64,000 bases of DNA from Paraspadella gotoi (taxonomy: Eukaryota; Animalia; Chaetognatha), in assembly GCA_051294375.1 (NCBI GenBank), contig CM119265.1, positions 8,750,772 to 8,814,771 of the forward strand, written 5' to 3'. This document shows positions 1 to 14,395 of the stretch, in pieces (positions within the stretch are counted from its first letter, which is position 1; each line of letters starts with the position of its first letter). Both the position numbers and the translations under genes were made by a program. The notes beneath the pieces are model-generated. The model had not been told where the DNA came from, searched no databases, and was given only the letters and a program-made list of their open reading frames with translations.

Positions 1-3000
1 CCTTCCAGTCCCCGAGCCATCGTTGGACCACAACGAATTTTAAAGGCCCCAGCACCGCCGCGCCCGTTTCCTCGCCTTGTTCGCGATTTCCATTTGTCAT
101 TAATTTCAATTAAATATATTGTTTTCTTGCATTTCGGGAACGACGCTGACCCGAAAACCAAAAAGAGGAAGCATGAGCGAGTTTCAACCAAACGCCTGCG
201 CTGCCCGCTGTCAAGAAACTTGCTCGCTCCGCAGATGAAAATCCCCACAAGGATAAGTTTGAAATTGGAGTGAGGGGCAAAGGGCTCCGGGAAGGGAAGG
301 ACAATCATCCGAAGGATAATGGCCTTTTTTTTCCTCGATGATTTTTTTTCCTTCAAAATTTTACAATTTGAAATGCGAATGTAAATCGTTCGTCAAAAGG
401 TCGACCGAAAAATTTATTCTATTTCTTTCCACGCTAATCGATTCTCTTTATTTGTTTTCCTTTATTTCTTCTTTCTCTTCTGCTGCATTATTCCTTCCTT
501 TCATTTTCTCATCGTTCTTTCCTTTCGCTTTTCAAAACTTCCCAAGGCAAATTCAAGCGATCTTTTTTGTTTTCGCCCTTCAAGTCTGCCTGGACTCATA
601 ATCATTTTCTTCCTCTCAACTCACTCTCGTTTTCCCTTCCCCCCATCTGCACGGGGCCACCTTGAAACGCTGCATGGCAGTTTCTGGGGTGCTAGATTGG
701 TTCTGGGGCCAGCCCGCCCATGCCCCCTCCCGGGACGGCCTGCCAACGAAGTTGCGCCAGGGCGCGTCATTTCCCCGGGGCTTTAGGTGGGGCGCTGGCG
801 TCCGGGCGGGCTGATCCGAAGGGGGAACGCCGAAGAGGGCGCGTCTGTATCTGAGGGTTTGCGGCGCTGCTGCGTGACGGACTGCCGGCCGAGCGTTGAC
901 GAAGATTGACCTGAGTGAAATGCGGAAGATTTTTGCCGGTTTGGGGACGGCACCGAGGAAGGAAGATTAACGTATTATTGAAAATAAACAAAACTTTTTT
1001 TTTTCAAGAAATTGATTCCCCACAACAAACTAATTGATCCCACATGGGAGAAAAACAACAATACAAGTAATTTGAAACAAGAACGCAAATTTAAAGAAAA
1101 GCGCCCTTTATAAAAATATCCCTAACATATTATACTGTTAAAGGGAAAAATAAATGAAAATAAAAATTTGTAACACAACACGGAGGAAAATCTTAGATGG
1201 GCGAAGAACGGAAGTTTCGCCCTCACGAGGCTCACACTTCATTACTTAATTCCCTCAAAAATTGGGTGGCGAGTATCTCCGAGACCTTTTCCCTCATCGA
1301 CTTTCCTCATCGGCATACGAAAGAAAAAAAAAAAACACCGCAAATCTCCCCTGTGGGACATCCAGCCATTTAACGTCTTTCTTATTAAAAAATGATAAAT
1401 AAAATATGGAGAAATGTTTAACGTCGTCTGGGCCGGGCGTGAGGCAGATCGGGGGGGAAGAAACCGAATGGCGCCGGCCGCGAAAAATCCGTTTCGGGCG
1501 TCTCCGTCCGATTTCTTTTTACCCCCTTTTCCCTACTTAAGATCCGTTTCCGTTTTCCTTTCGTTCTTTTCCGTCATCAGATTATGTCCTTGTATAACCG
1601 TTTCATGATAAATATTTACTATATATATATTTGTCTTCCTTTAACTTGCTTACTTATTTTACATTATTTTATAGTTTCTTATCTTCTTAAAATTTTTTTT
1701 GGGGGGGGGGAAATTTTGCATATTCGTCCCTTTTTTTTTCTTTATTTTTTTTCTTTTATGTGGGGTGCCACTTACATTTTATTTTCCCCCCCCGCTTCCC
1801 ATCCCCCCTCTATTTTTCCCCCCCCGCTCCGGGCTTCTTAAAGTTTTCCTCCTGAACCACTCACTCCCCCTTTCTTTTTTCGCCAAGTCCTCAAATCGAC
1901 CTTGTTTCATTCGCAGTCCTATCTTCGCTTTCACCTCCAAACTTCAATTTGGCCTCCCATTTTTCTTCGCATCCATTGTTCCAGCTCCTAGTTTTTTTGA
2001 TTCATACATCTGGATTTATAATTTGTCACAGTTTTCCCTACTTCAGGTCTTTTCTATTTTCTCTATTTCTTCGGTCCTCCTCTCTCTCTTGTCTCCATCT
2101 TTTCATTGACCAACCGATCTGCAAAACTCACCTCGCAATCCGACCTTCATTTTCCTCTTCTTTTTCCACTCCCGCATCGATTTGTCTCACACTTTCACTT
2201 TATCCACCCATTCACTTTTTTTCCACTCCTTCCTTTCTTCCTCGAACCAAACGGCCTCACATAAAATTACAGTTCGCGCATAAATCGTCGAGTTTAAACA
2301 TCTCAGCAGATATCTCCTGGGGTTATCAGGTGTTCTGGTTTGTTGTCACCTATCTGCATACTCATTAGGCCTTGCTTTTACGTAATCAGATATGAAAACT
2401 AAATGACATGGAGAGTAAAGCATTAGATGTTTTAACAATTATTTAAAAAATCTAATGCTTATATTAGATGTTACAACATTCATCACTTTTCAGGATTACT
2501 GACCCAGTATCATCGGAATATAAAAAAGCCGACCGTTCGCCCCATTGACGCCACTCTTCGCACGTATGACGCCGTACGGTTCCCGGCATTTGACGCCAGA
2601 ATTCGCCAGCATTGCGACGCCGTCCTTACGTTTCCGTTGCACTTATCGATTACCGCGACGGCCGGATGCGTTTGGCGGCGCCGACGGCTTAGACGACGGC
2701 GCGCGAACGAGGCGCGTTGATGACGGTTTGGGCGGTGGCTTACGAAGATCTGCGGGACGCGAGCAGAGAGAGATGTGGAGAGAAAGCAAGAGAGAGGAGA
2801 GAGAGAGATACCGAGAGAATGAGAGATAGAGAGAGAGGGATTATGAGAGAGAAGAGAGAGAAGGCCATGCCGCTGAGAGAGGAGGAAAGAGAGAGAGAGA
2901 GAAAAGGACAGAGAAAAAGAACGCGGCAGTGATGAGGTGTTTGATCGTAGCCAGCGAAGTGGAACAAATAGCTAGGAAAATTAAAAAAAACGCCAGATAG

Positions 3001-3788
3001 TCAATTTGGCATAAAACGATGATTTATTTCTGTTTTCCATTAGTGAACAGCAATCGAATTAAAAAATGAGTTGACATTGGAATGAATTTGGTTTTGGTTA
3101 TCTTATTCGGGTCGGGTTATACCGAAACATGAAACGAAGACCCCACCTTTTCGGATCGTGTCGGAAAATTCGAAAACCTTGAAAAAAAAAAATGATTTAT
3201 TTAATTATATATCTATTTATAAAAACACCTTGTTCTCAATTTTTAATTTTGTCATTTCTTTCCCTTCCTTTATCTCATTCAAAAGAAGAAATGCAAAGAA
3301 AAAAAAAAAAACATTATATTGGCAAAAAAATTACAAAAAAAAAAAAAACCCCTTGACGAAATTGAGATCAATCTTGTTTTTTTTTAAATTTTTTTTAAAC
3401 GAGAAATTTTTAAAAACAAAAACGAGGCTTCGATTAAATCAAGGTCGTCATTTTAAATCCGGACCGGCGTTTGACGACCGTTGACGCTGACGGTATTCCC
3501 TACTGGCGGGTGTCGGATTTCCGCCTCCCCGCCGTCTTTGGTGTTTATGCCACTTTTTACGCTTGGATTTTGAATATTCACTTACGACGAGGGCGTCAGG
3601 ATCTGAGCGTAAGTCACGTTAGACGCTTGAAAAACCCAGACTCTTTACCTAGATTAAAAATTTGAAATAAAAATTTTGACGGGGCGTCCGGACACATTCA
3701 TAAAGACCTTTTAATAATTGCGTACTATTAAAACTTATGTAAAATTTTAAGAATGAATATAGGTACGTTAATAGCCTTACTTGTTAAA

Positions 3789-4200
3789 TAAGACGTACGT
3801 GAAAGTTGCAGATCAAAATTCGAATTGTTAATTCAATGAACCAGTCTTGGACTGTAAAAACATTGATCATTAATAAAAAAAATTTGTTTTAAAATTTTCT
3901 CAATTTTGCCATACATAGCTTACCATAGCAAATGTAAAAATATTTTTTAAATGATGTTTTTTAGTTTTGAACAGCAGATTCGAATTCCTCATAAAAGTTT
4001 TATTAAAAGAAACATATAAGATTCTTAATCAAAAATTCTTTCATTAAGTTAGCAAAAAAATTTTAAAAAACTATATTTTTATACTAAAATTTAATTAATA
4101 GGTTAATCAACTTAATAGATTTTTTAGGGATATTTGATTACTATAATTAAGTCTTATGGAAATAACTCTTAATAAAAAGAGTTATATTTCCTTTTATCAT
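3789..4200 (-). mobile_element. Truncated copy of the MITE family seen at 44979-45625, opposite orientation (also duplicated at 30929-31340)
   Basis: Starts TAAGACGTACGTGAAAGTTG, resembling the reverse complement of the 45625 end (TAAGGCGTAGTGAAAGTTA). Internal blocks gcagattcgaattcctcataaaagt and aaagagttatat match the reverse complement of 45220-45435. Confidence 0.6.
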
Positions 4201-4842
4201 TCTCAAAAAAAAACAAGCAATAAAAAATAAGTGAATTCCTCTTCAAAGTCAAGACGATATATTTTAAAATATCCATTATCGTTGCTATTCGTGAGGCGAA
4301 TTGAGCGCGAAGAACGAGTTCAATAACCAAAACAAGGAATACAAAACAACAACAACAACAAGAAAACGGCTCATTCTTTCAGCGCCACGTCTCTCGTCTA
4401 TTTTGCTTTGTTTACATGAAAATCATTTCTCCTGTTACCATTTGAGTGCGGAGAAATTCAAGTGTTGACGCATCTTAAGGTTTGCCGTTCAAATCATATC
4501 ATGATCCTTTATTTTTCTTTTTTTTCATTCATTGACTCAATAATTAGTCATTTGAACTCGACCGTATTGAGTTCTTTATGGTAAAGACCTTTGACTCTGA
4601 TCATAACATCTCACTCTCTCTCCTCATCTCTCTCTCTCCTCTCGCTCTCCATCTCTCTCTTACTCATCTCGTCTCTCTCTAATCTCCTCATCTCTCCTCT
4701 ACTCTCTAACTCTCGTTCACAGTCACACTAGCTCTCACTAAACTTTCACCTGGTGGCAGTTTCCCGTTCCTTACGAACTTCACATCGCCTACCTTTAGTC
4801 TTTTTAGCCCTCTTAACTTTGCTCAAAATCATGTAGATTACA

Positions 4843-4897
4843 CTTATTATTATTATTAATTATTATTATTATTATTATTAATTATTATTATTTATTA

Positions 4898-4928
<31 letters not shown>

Positions 4929-4950
4929 TTATTATTATTATTAATTATAT
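4843..4950. repeat. (TTA)n microsatellite (duplicated at 31983-32090)
   Basis: Direct reading. Confidence 0.95.
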
Positions 4951-7082
4951 TACCTACGATATACCCAATTATATTGTCATCACCCTAGTTAGTCGTGACT
5001 AGTGAAAGACAAAGAGATGAGACGGAGACGACGACGAAGACGACGACGAGACATCTCTTTTAAACCCTCTCCACTTTCTTCACCTCTCCTTTCCCGCTCT
5101 CTCCATTCCATTCACTTACCCTGATACCCGCTCAACTTCCAAGGCCTTCGCCTTTACCCAAACCCCCCAAACCCATCCTCACTTTAAAACAATAACCTGT
5201 CCCGGCGCGAAGCTGCGACTCCACGGATTGCAAGCGTGGAGTTCTGAATTCCTCGCAACGACCGGAATGTGTCGGACAGAGGCGCGCTCTCCGATTGGAC
5301 GGGGGCCGGGGCGTGGGGGAGAGGGAAGAGGGGTATAGGGGGTGGGGTAATGGAAGGAGCGAGGCGTGGGATCTAGCATGAACTTTATCTTCTATTTTAA
5401 ATTCATTCGGGCAAGGAGATTAGAGGGTGACAGGGAAGTGCACGGATACTGGTGACACCAGGAGGGTTACAGGGACACTGCCACGGGCGACCCCCGGCTT
5501 GGCGGGAACTGTCATTAAAATGATCGTACTTAAGACAATAAGGAATGTATTTAGAAGTAAATTAACAAAGAACGGTATGCGAATGACCTAGGTACTAAAA
5601 AAAAAATGGGATTGAAGGTCCGGGAAGAAAGGATCGTCAGCGGAGAAAGCTATAGAAAGGACAAGGAGAAGTAAACAGTCAGAACAAACAGCAAAAGCGA
5701 CGAAAAGTAACGGAGGTAATTATAACACGAGAGAACACAGAGAACGAAAAGTCAGGGCGGAAGACCGACCAGGAGGATGGAATCTGGGAACAGTGAGGAA
5801 AGGAAGGACGTGAAATTCCGTGTAATGTCTCCCGCAGGACGAAATTGAAAGGGACGGATTAACGAGTTATATCTTTTCTTCTTATCTTTCTTTCCGATAT
5901 CGCGGTCGAAATCTTCTTCCTCCTTCTGTGTGTCCTCCTCAGAAATCCAGAAAGCAATTTTTTTTGTAAACAAATAGAAAGGAAAAAAAAGAAGCGGTTC
6001 CATACACTTTCGGGATTTTTTCTTTTCTTTTTTTTTTCTTCTCAAATTTCCGCTTTCATACTATTTTCCTTCATCTCCCTCTCCTCTTTCTTAGCATCCG
6101 AAATCCAAAAGGCTGGTATATTTATTATCCTATTTATCTAACTTTTCCTTTCTCCTACCCATCTTACGTCGCGTCATTCCAGAAAAACGCCGTTATCGTT
6201 TTTTTCTTTTATTCTCTTTCTATCAGCGATATTTGTAAGTACAATACGGGGAACGCGATATCGGGGCCGTAGAGTCTTGACTTATCTTTTTCTTTTTCTT
6301 TATTTTCGTTTATTTTCTTACTCTAGTTCCTTGCGTTATTCTCTTTGTTCCCGTACTGATGGTCTTACCTTACCTAAATCTCCGACTTAACACGTCATCT
6401 CATCTCTCTCTCCTCTCTCATCATCTCTCTCTTCTCTTCTTTCTCTTCTCTCTCTCTCTCTCTGTCTCTCGCTCTCTGCTTTCTGCTCTTCATTTCTGCC
6501 CCAAACTCGTCCGCTTCTTCTTCACCGTCATTTTTTTATGGGTTCTTTCTCCGTCGATGCTCCAAATCCCGATATTATTTTTTCTCTTCCTCGCTTACCT
6601 ACCTACTAAAAATAATTATCATATAGGACCTGCTTCTCACAGTGCAAAATAAAACAATACATTACCAAATACACATAACAAGGAAATAGACCTCGACCTC
6701 TTGGTGTTTATGTTTACTATATGACAATATCTATATTTAGACAATAGAGCCCCAACGTATAAACAATGATTTTCGCGATTTCAAAAAATTTCTCGGATTT
6801 GGAGACTTTTTAGAATTAATAAAAATATAGACCGTAAGAATTTAAAAAGGCGTAGCTGCGCCAATATAGTTAGGTATTTGATATAATTTTTAATGCTCCA
6901 GTAAATTATATAATGTGCGTCATCATTTAGATCTAGGTTAATTATAACTAGAACCCACAGCTCGATGGCCCACTTTAAAGGCAGCGCGTCTCTCGAATTG
7001 CCGAAGTCGTTGACTCCTCCACGCCCCCTTCATTCTCTCTCTTCTCGTTCTCTCTCTCTCTTCAGTCTCTCTCTCTACTCTC

Positions 7083-7141
<59 letters not shown>

Positions 7142-8601
7142 TTTACCAAACCCGCGGGGGAATCCTCTTTTTTTTCGAATGAGGTAACGCAATCTCATGT
7201 AAATGCCTTCGATCGGATCAATTCGGTTATAAAACTTTGTTCATAAAAGTCAGGTCTTTCACTTATTATTCTCGTATTTCTTTCGCGCATAGCATTTTTG
7301 TATACATGAAATATTCTTTCTTACTGCTCCAATTATTTGATTGTATTTATTTCATACATTTATTCTTTCGAACGTCATTCCATCATTTCATCCGATTGTC
7401 TTTTTTTTTATTTCTTCCATCGCGTTTTGGAACCATATTTTCTCGTCTTTTTTTATATTTATTCCTCATGCCTCCGCGGTCGTATCGCTCGTTACGGGCG
7501 CTCGCCATGGGATAACAACGCGTCGATATTAAGAGGACGCAGTCCTAATCGACTCAGTTTTCGCCATTTGCTCCTTTTTGGTCGGAGTCGGCATGCCCCT
7601 TCTAATGTCTCGCCTCTCCGAGGGGGTTTTGGCTTAAGAATTTTTTTTTCTATATTTCTATCTTTATTATTTTTTCGGTTTGTTGCACTTAAGGAACAAA
7701 GATAACGGCCTACCAGGAATCATTCGTCTTGGGAACCAAAAGTTTGATGTTTGTAATTTTTTCTTCTTTGAAGTTAACACTTTTTAATTTTTGGCTCATA
7801 AAGTTAGTGAAGTTTCGGCGTAGAAGCATGAGAAAGAAAAAAACTTTTTTCAGATAACAGATTTTCAACATTTTTAGCTTCACTTAATAATAATTATACT
7901 CAAATTTTGACACGTCTTTGATAAGGGGTTTGATTTTACTTAACTAACCATAGCTAATAATCAGATGAAAATCAACAGCACTTTTCTTTTCTCTACCCGA
8001 TGCCCCTCACATTTATTAATCCGTCCCATTACCCCCCCCCTCTCACCGCCCCCCTTTCATTTTTTTTCTTCAAATTGACTTCTTACAACACGGCCCGATT
8101 GATTGCTTGGTTTAAAGCCAGGACTCGTATTTTAATAATCAATAAATTTCCCCTTGTCATCAATAATGGTCGTTTTTGCATTGCAAGGAATTCCGATGCA
8201 GCTCAGAGTCTAGACGTTTTTCCGGAAGGTATACGCCCGTACCTTGGGGATTCACGAAGGTGGCTTATGAAAATCATTTTTTTTTTTTTTATACTAACGC
8301 TATACGACGCTAAAATCAAAGTGCGGCAAATTCTTTATTTTTTGCTCTCTTCTCTGCTCTTTCTCTCTCGTCTTTTGCAGACTTTGGCTCGGCGCACTCT
8401 GATTTTTGGAATATATTTATTTTCCGTCGGTGTTCGGCACGAGCGTTCTTCAACGTTATGCTGGCGCGACACGTCTATGAGCGACGAAAAGTCCCCCGTC
8501 GCTTGTTTGTTGTATGTGCCGAAGCCCCCCTCTGTATCTGAAAACCAACCAGACCCGTCGTCGCACTTGAGTTCACTCTTCTTTTCGCGTTTTTTTTTTT
8601 T

Positions 8602-9000
8602 TTAGGCAAACGCAAGTCTCCCGCCTTTCGTTTTGTTTTAGTTTTTTCCGTTTTTTGTTTTCTGGAGGTCAAACACGCATGTCTCCCGCGTTTTGTTTTT
8701 TGTTTGCTATTTTTGTTTAGATGTTTTTCGGTTTATCTTTTTAGGGTCAAACGCATGTCTACCCGCTTTGTTTTTTGTTTTTGTTTTTGTTTTTCTTCTA
8801 GGTCAAACAGCTGTCTCCCCGCTTTGTTTTTCTTTTTTTTGTTTTTTGTTTTTTAGGTCCAACGCACTGTTCTCCCACTTCTGTTTTTTGTTTTTTGTTT
8901 TTGTTTTCTTAGGTCAACGCATGTCTCCCGCTTTGTTTTGTCTTTGTTTTTTGTTTTTGTATTTTGTTTTCTTTAGGTCCAAACGCATGTCTCCGCTTTG
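8602..9000 (+). repeat. ~60-bp minisatellite, 7 units, core TAGGTCAAACGCATGTCTCCCGC with T/G-rich linkers (duplicated at 35742-36140)
   Basis: Cores at about 8602, 8665, 8742, 8799, 8854, 8910 and 8974. Confidence 0.85.
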
Positions 9001-9376
9001 ATTTTTCTTTTCTCCCCTAATTCGACTCAAAATTTTGTTTATCCCTTTTAACGGTTTTGTTTTTATATTTCATTCTTCCACCCCTCCCGAACGAATTTAA
9101 GTTTCCCCTCCCTTACTAATCCCAATGACTCGCTCTTATCCACCGGCGTTAACCCCGGCGTTAGGACTCACCTGACCATAACGGCTATGGATCTGATTTA
9201 CACCCTATGGAACCACTATTAGCGGCGGTCTTCTGCTCCATTCCCCCAAAAAAAAAATGCGGTTGATATAAAAAAAGGCGGCGCCAGGGTGGCATTGAAC
9301 TGGATCGCTTAAGCAAATGTTGCGCTGGTGCGGAGAGAGAGAAGGGGAGAGAAGGAGAGAGGAGAGAGAAGAGACG

Positions 9377-9417
<41 letters not shown>

Positions 9418-10433
9418 AGAAGAGCGAGAGAGAGTTCTCGGAGATAATTTGAGTCTTGCTGCTTATCGATATATTGCGGATTGTCAATTGTCAGTCAGTC
9501 TGTCAGAAAGTTTCAGGTTAATTTGCTTTAAAATTTATATTATGTACAGTAAATGAATAACTTGAATAAATCACTTCCAAGGAAGCTGGAGCTTACCAAA
9601 GCAAGGCGTAATCACCATTGATGTCTTGCTGCTTTTATAGCATCTCTCTCTCTCTCATGACTCTTTATCTCTTCTCTATCTATCTCTCTCTCTCTCTCTC
9701 TCTCGTCTCGTTTAGAATTTCATCTCAGTCCATTCGATCTCCATTTCGAACTCATGCTTTCCTTCTCGCGCCGACGCACATCCTCACCTTGAAAGGGCAT
9801 ATTTATGCGCTCTTCCCACTTCTTGCTCAACCCCCCCCCCCCAATGCTCCCTTCACCGGCTTCAAATTTTCTTTTTTTTCCCCCATTCCAAATCTCCCAT
9901 TCCCCACCCCCCCCAAAAGGTCTTTCGACACCCTTCTTTCCAATTCTCCCTACCAATGTTCTCACTGGAGTAACACGATATTGATTATGTTTTCTCTTTC
10001 TCCCCGACGACGGACGACGACGACGCGACGAACGACGACGAACGACGCGGCGGCGGCTTTGAATTCCTCGAGATATTAACTCAATCCAATCAGGTCGACT
10101 TATCTCTTTAGTTTTTTCTTTTCTTTCTCCCCCCCCCTCTCTCTCCTCTTTCTGTCTTTTCACTTCCTTTTTATATTTTTTCTCTATCTTTTGCTTTCTT
10201 CAAGTTTGACGCTTTCTCTCTTCGTCTGCCAGATGCGCCCATTGGCCGCGAAAAAAGGGATCGGCTAATGACGAACATTGGATGGGATTTCTTTTACTTG
10301 TTCACTTTTTTCAAATCTTTTTTCTTTTTTACTTTTCCTTTTTTTTCTCGAAAGTGGAGGTCGCAAAAGGAGGCGGAGGAGAGAAAGAAAATTGTTTCGC
10401 TTTCGCCCGACGACGACGGCAGGATGAGAAAGA

Positions 10434-10458
10434 NNNNNNNNNNNNNNNNNNNNNNNNN
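10434..10458. other. Assembly gap (25 N)
   Basis: N run. Fixed 25-N spacers are typical of long-read gap-filling output. Confidence 0.99.
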
Positions 10459-11537
10459 ACGGGTGACTTTGATGCCCAGGTTTGAACCAATTGTCTATAT
10501 TTTCTTTCACTTCGAAATTTTTTTGTTCGGGCATTTAAACTTACGCCGTTACAATATGGACATAAAGTGGCAAACTGTGGGCAGGCCAAGGCTTAAGGCA
10601 AGGAGGAATAACATGACATTTCAACGAAATCAATTTAAGAGTTATTCCGGTTAAACAAAAAAGGGAACACAAATACTCCACTGTGACGGATTACGATTTT
10701 TTCGGATCGTAGGCAGTATAACTGGTTGCTGGTGTGTTTCTTCTCTAAATCTACTGGAGAGCGTTCCTGTTGTGGTACGGTACAAATATTAGTCATCAAT
10801 AAAGAACAGGCTTTTTAACGTAAAGAGGGCGTTTATCCGAATTTGTTAAATATTAAACATCTGTGGGGTTTCTTTTTTTTTTTATGGGGTCGAATGGGAT
10901 TTACACGGTCGGGGCCCCTTACTATTTTCGTTGTTATGGTAATAATTGGTTAGCTTATATGTAATTTAAAATTGTTTGTAATTTCGTTCTAGGAACATCT
11001 CTGTCAATCTTTTTTTTCTTGAAAAAACGTGAATTATGATTTCGGTTTTGGGTCCAAAGCGGGGGGAATAACAATCAAAATAATGAATAACTATAAATAG
11101 TACAATGTACAAAGTTATTTCTTTCTCCGCGGAACGTTAATTAGCTTTTTTTCCCAGACATATGAAAGCCGTATTTTAGATCAGTGCCGACCTGTTTGGA
11201 TGAGAGTTATGAAGGGACAGGCGATGGACCGCTGTGGGGTTCGGGACTTCGCTTGGGTAAAGTGGGGCTTTTGAGGGAAAGTCGCCTTCACTTTGTATCA
11301 TCGATTTAGTCCAAGGGTTTTATTGTATTGTTGAATTTAGGTTACCGGGGTTTTTCGGGAGGTTACAGATAAGGGGGAAATCAAAATGAAGAGATATACG
11401 TTCGTTTTTATTCTTTTTTTTTTAGGAGTGTAATAAATATATTTTGCTGAGTCTTATTTTTTTCCCCAGTTTTATGTTTTTGATGGCCCTCTATTCTTTT
11501 GAATTTTTGTACTCATTGAATTAGAACAAAGGGATTG

Positions 11538-14104
11538 ATGACGGGTTGAGCGGTCCGACTACTGGCAGAAGAGTCGACGCCGGCGGAAGCAACAAAAACT
11601 TGCGTGGGGAACCGATTGATCTTCAACGTCGAAATCGGGGCTCGTCGATATTTCGTACGCGCTTCCGAGAGGGACAAAGTGAAATTACGGGTGCACACAA
11701 GTAAGTCGCTAAGTGCCGGAAACATGCGGACTAATCACTAATAAGAAACAACCGATTCTTGGCTAGCTTCTTACTCTTTCTTCTCACTTGCCCGCACCAG
11801 ACGACGCTGTCGGTGTTTCAGCAGCGGCGAGTTTTCCGTCGTCCTCAGCACGAGGAGTTCATTTGGGCTTCCACGATGCGTAGTGGAGACGAGGGTTTTC
11901 CGCTTTCCTCATTCCTCCGGCGCCGGCCGTCCAGACTTCGACGGCTCAAGAGAAGAAAACTGCGAAACTCGGGGAAGCGCGAGAACACATGACCAGGAGG
12001 AGTTAACAAATGGAAGGCCGAACTCGAGGCGTGAGTCTTTTCATCTTTTTTTTCATTCTTTATGTCGGAGCTGGAGAATCGGTTGCGTCCGTATTGAGAG
12101 GCAGTGCCAGCGGTCAGACTATTGAATAAATTGACGATGGGATTGTTGCTTGCTTCTGGGAATAACCGTTTTTTTTTTGTCCATGCTTCGAATTTAAACT
12201 AAATTCTTTCTATGAGGAAAAAAGTTTTAAAGTAAATGTGACTGTAGTTGTGCTGGCGAATCCTAAAATCGTCGGTCGTCCCATTTGCTGGACATCTGGG
12301 TATCGCTTTACACCGGGTAAGTTCGGGTCCTAAATTTTTACTCTCGCGACTGCGGTTTTGGCGGCTTTGAACTATTTTAAAATATTTATCTAAAAATTTT
12401 TGTTTTAATATATTACTAATTACCTTACCTAAACCTTTTAACAAATCGCCTAATTTAAAAACCACCTTAAAGCCTTACTATCCTCCTAACCCGTTCGGGC
12501 AGAAGTAAGGTGGTGATGTGACGATAAGCCGCTAAGTGATGGGTGGTCACTGGTCAAGCAGGGGTCCAATAGCATGGCGCCATCTGTCGGGAAGATGCTC
12601 ACACCCCGGGCTTCAGCATATCGAATGCTCAAGTTAGCATTTTCTCGAATGCTTTTTAGGGGTCTTTTTTTTTTAGAAGACAGTAATAGCAATAATTATT
12701 AGAAATGTGAAAATTTTTTTAATGTCAAAAAATTTTCAAAAACCCGTCTTTTCATTTGTTCATTTTCACGTTAATTAGGGAATAATCTTGCATTCAAAGA
12801 AACTGGTTGGCGATGCACGAAGTATTTTGCAACGGAATCGCCAAGCCTCATGTGTGCGCATGACCACAATTTCAGCAGTTTGTTCTCGGTGAGTAAACAA
12901 ATTGTTATTGTTATGTTTTTTTTTACTTTGGAGTAATGGGGGTTTTGTTTTGTTAAACCAGAATTTGGTTAAGATTTGATAAAAACTATATCATCATTCC
13001 CTAGAATCAACGAAGACTTGAACGTGAGGGGAGAACAAAAAGAATGGTTGGGCGGTTTCTTCAGCAATGTCAACAGTCCGCGGACGGCTATTCTATCGAC
13101 AGAAGGCATCGGGACGAACAGTTCGACAAGAAAGCTTATTTCTGTTGATTATCACAAGAAAATTGGAAGCTTCGCGATATGCCCAGATAGATGACTAAGA
13201 ACACAAAAAAGTCAGTGTCTTAATAATTGACATTCTAGAACTTTGTATATATGCTTATTATGTCGACCCCTCAGACTTGGCACATTTCCTACATCAACAT
13301 TTAAGAGCTCGACGCTACATCAGCCTATTCGTCAATCGAGATCTGTTTGGAGAAATTATTCGTCAAGTTTCGGAACGTTTGGAAGAGGCGTAACTGAAGG
13401 CCGGGGTGGGCTCGAGAAGACCTCACTTTCCGACACGTAAGTTCGTTACATGTACCGCAGTTCTCTAGTCTCAAGATTTTGTATCAGTGAAATTTTATGG
13501 TTTATCATTCTTCATTTTGCTGTCGGTTATCTTATTTTACACAAATTAAGAGTTAGAAATGATTTGCATTGATGTGGAGAAAGCCAAAACGAGGGTCTTG
13601 AGAATTAAAATAATATAAATAAGCTAATTTTATTTCGGCGTTAGCCTTCGTTTATACTTTGAGGGGACTCAGCTGGCCTGACGAAGGATTGTTGTCGTCG
13701 GGCGAGGAATCGATCGCCAACTTACGAAACGCCAACAGAACTGGATTCGTGCCACGAAGAAAACAAAGACGTTCAAGGCGCGGAGACACCAGCAGGTCAG
13801 TCACGCTTCTTTTGCCGGGACGCTAAATTGGCTTTCGCCAATTGTTTTTGGCGACGTGATTTCCTAAAGTATTTTTCAATAATTGCATTATTACATTTCA
13901 TGCTTGATTTCATGCTATTTAATGCTTCACAGATAATGTGCGAAAAGTTTACACATCAGCGAAGTTGGGAAGGGAGATTGGCCGAGTTTAGTGAGAAGAG
14001 TGCAAATGTTTGCAATAAAGGAATTTGATGATCTCGCCGAGTGGAGATCAAGCACGCAGGCGAAAGCGGCCCTGTTTCAGAAGCCATCACTCTCTAAAGA
14101 TTAA
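11538..14104 (+). CDS. SNX6: Sorting nexin 5/6/32 family (PX-BAR) gene, multi-exon, frameshifted most likely by sequencing errors; start approximate
   Basis: Frameshift-tolerant reading gives, in order: VDIS.A.SERDKVK..VHT|gtaag (~11645-11700); QHEEFIW...PDFDGSRE...QEELTKWKAELEA|gtgagt (~11800-12030); EYLA.FK..VAMHEVF (~12780-12890); EDLNVRG..KEWLGGFFSNV...DYHKK (~13005-13210); EGRV...EDL.LSDT (~13400-13437); YENAN..NKDVQGAET (~13720-13795); DLAE.EIKHA (~14030-14060). All match recalled SNX5/6 motifs in collinear order. Confidence 0.85.
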
Positions 14105-14395
14105 GTTGAAACTTATTTTTTAAAAATTATGGGGGACGTGATTTCGTATTGTGGGGTTTTTTTTTTTATTCGACGAGATTCACAAGATTATTAACATTTT
14201 TCGGCTATGGTGTTAGCGGTCAGTTTTTGAAGCTTTTATTATACTCATTTCTAGTCTCTATTTAGTAGTTTATTCGAATTTCGTATCACATGATAAAAAT
14301 CTTCGCACAATTTTTTTCACATTCCCTAAAGCACTTGAATATTGGTAAAATAAAATGCGATTGAATCAATTTATAAATTATTTACATGGGTTATT

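Larger units (their letters stand above)
1..10205. repeat. Copy 1 of a ~10.2 kb apparently exact duplication (partner 27141-37345, offset 27140); probably an assembly artefact
   Basis: The ORF track repeats with identical proteins at +27140. Spot-checked sequence is identical, including apparent read errors, until caagtttgac (10201) vs caagttgac (37341). The block ends just before a 25-N gap. Confidence 0.95.

Noticed and set aside
5420-5510. Collagen-like Gly-X-Y stretch
   Set aside because: Too short, and the Gly periodicity is not maintained in any frame.
8602-9000. CRISPR-like repeat-spacer look (also 39494-39686)
   Set aside because: The linkers are low-complexity and mutually similar, the cores are degenerate, there are no cas genes, and the context is eukaryotic. 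These are minisatellites.
11600-12030. Tandem PH domains (FNVEIGARRYFVRASE; QEELTKWKAELE)
   Set aside because: Alternative frames match the SNX5/6 PX domain much better, and downstream exons continue the SNX BAR domain.
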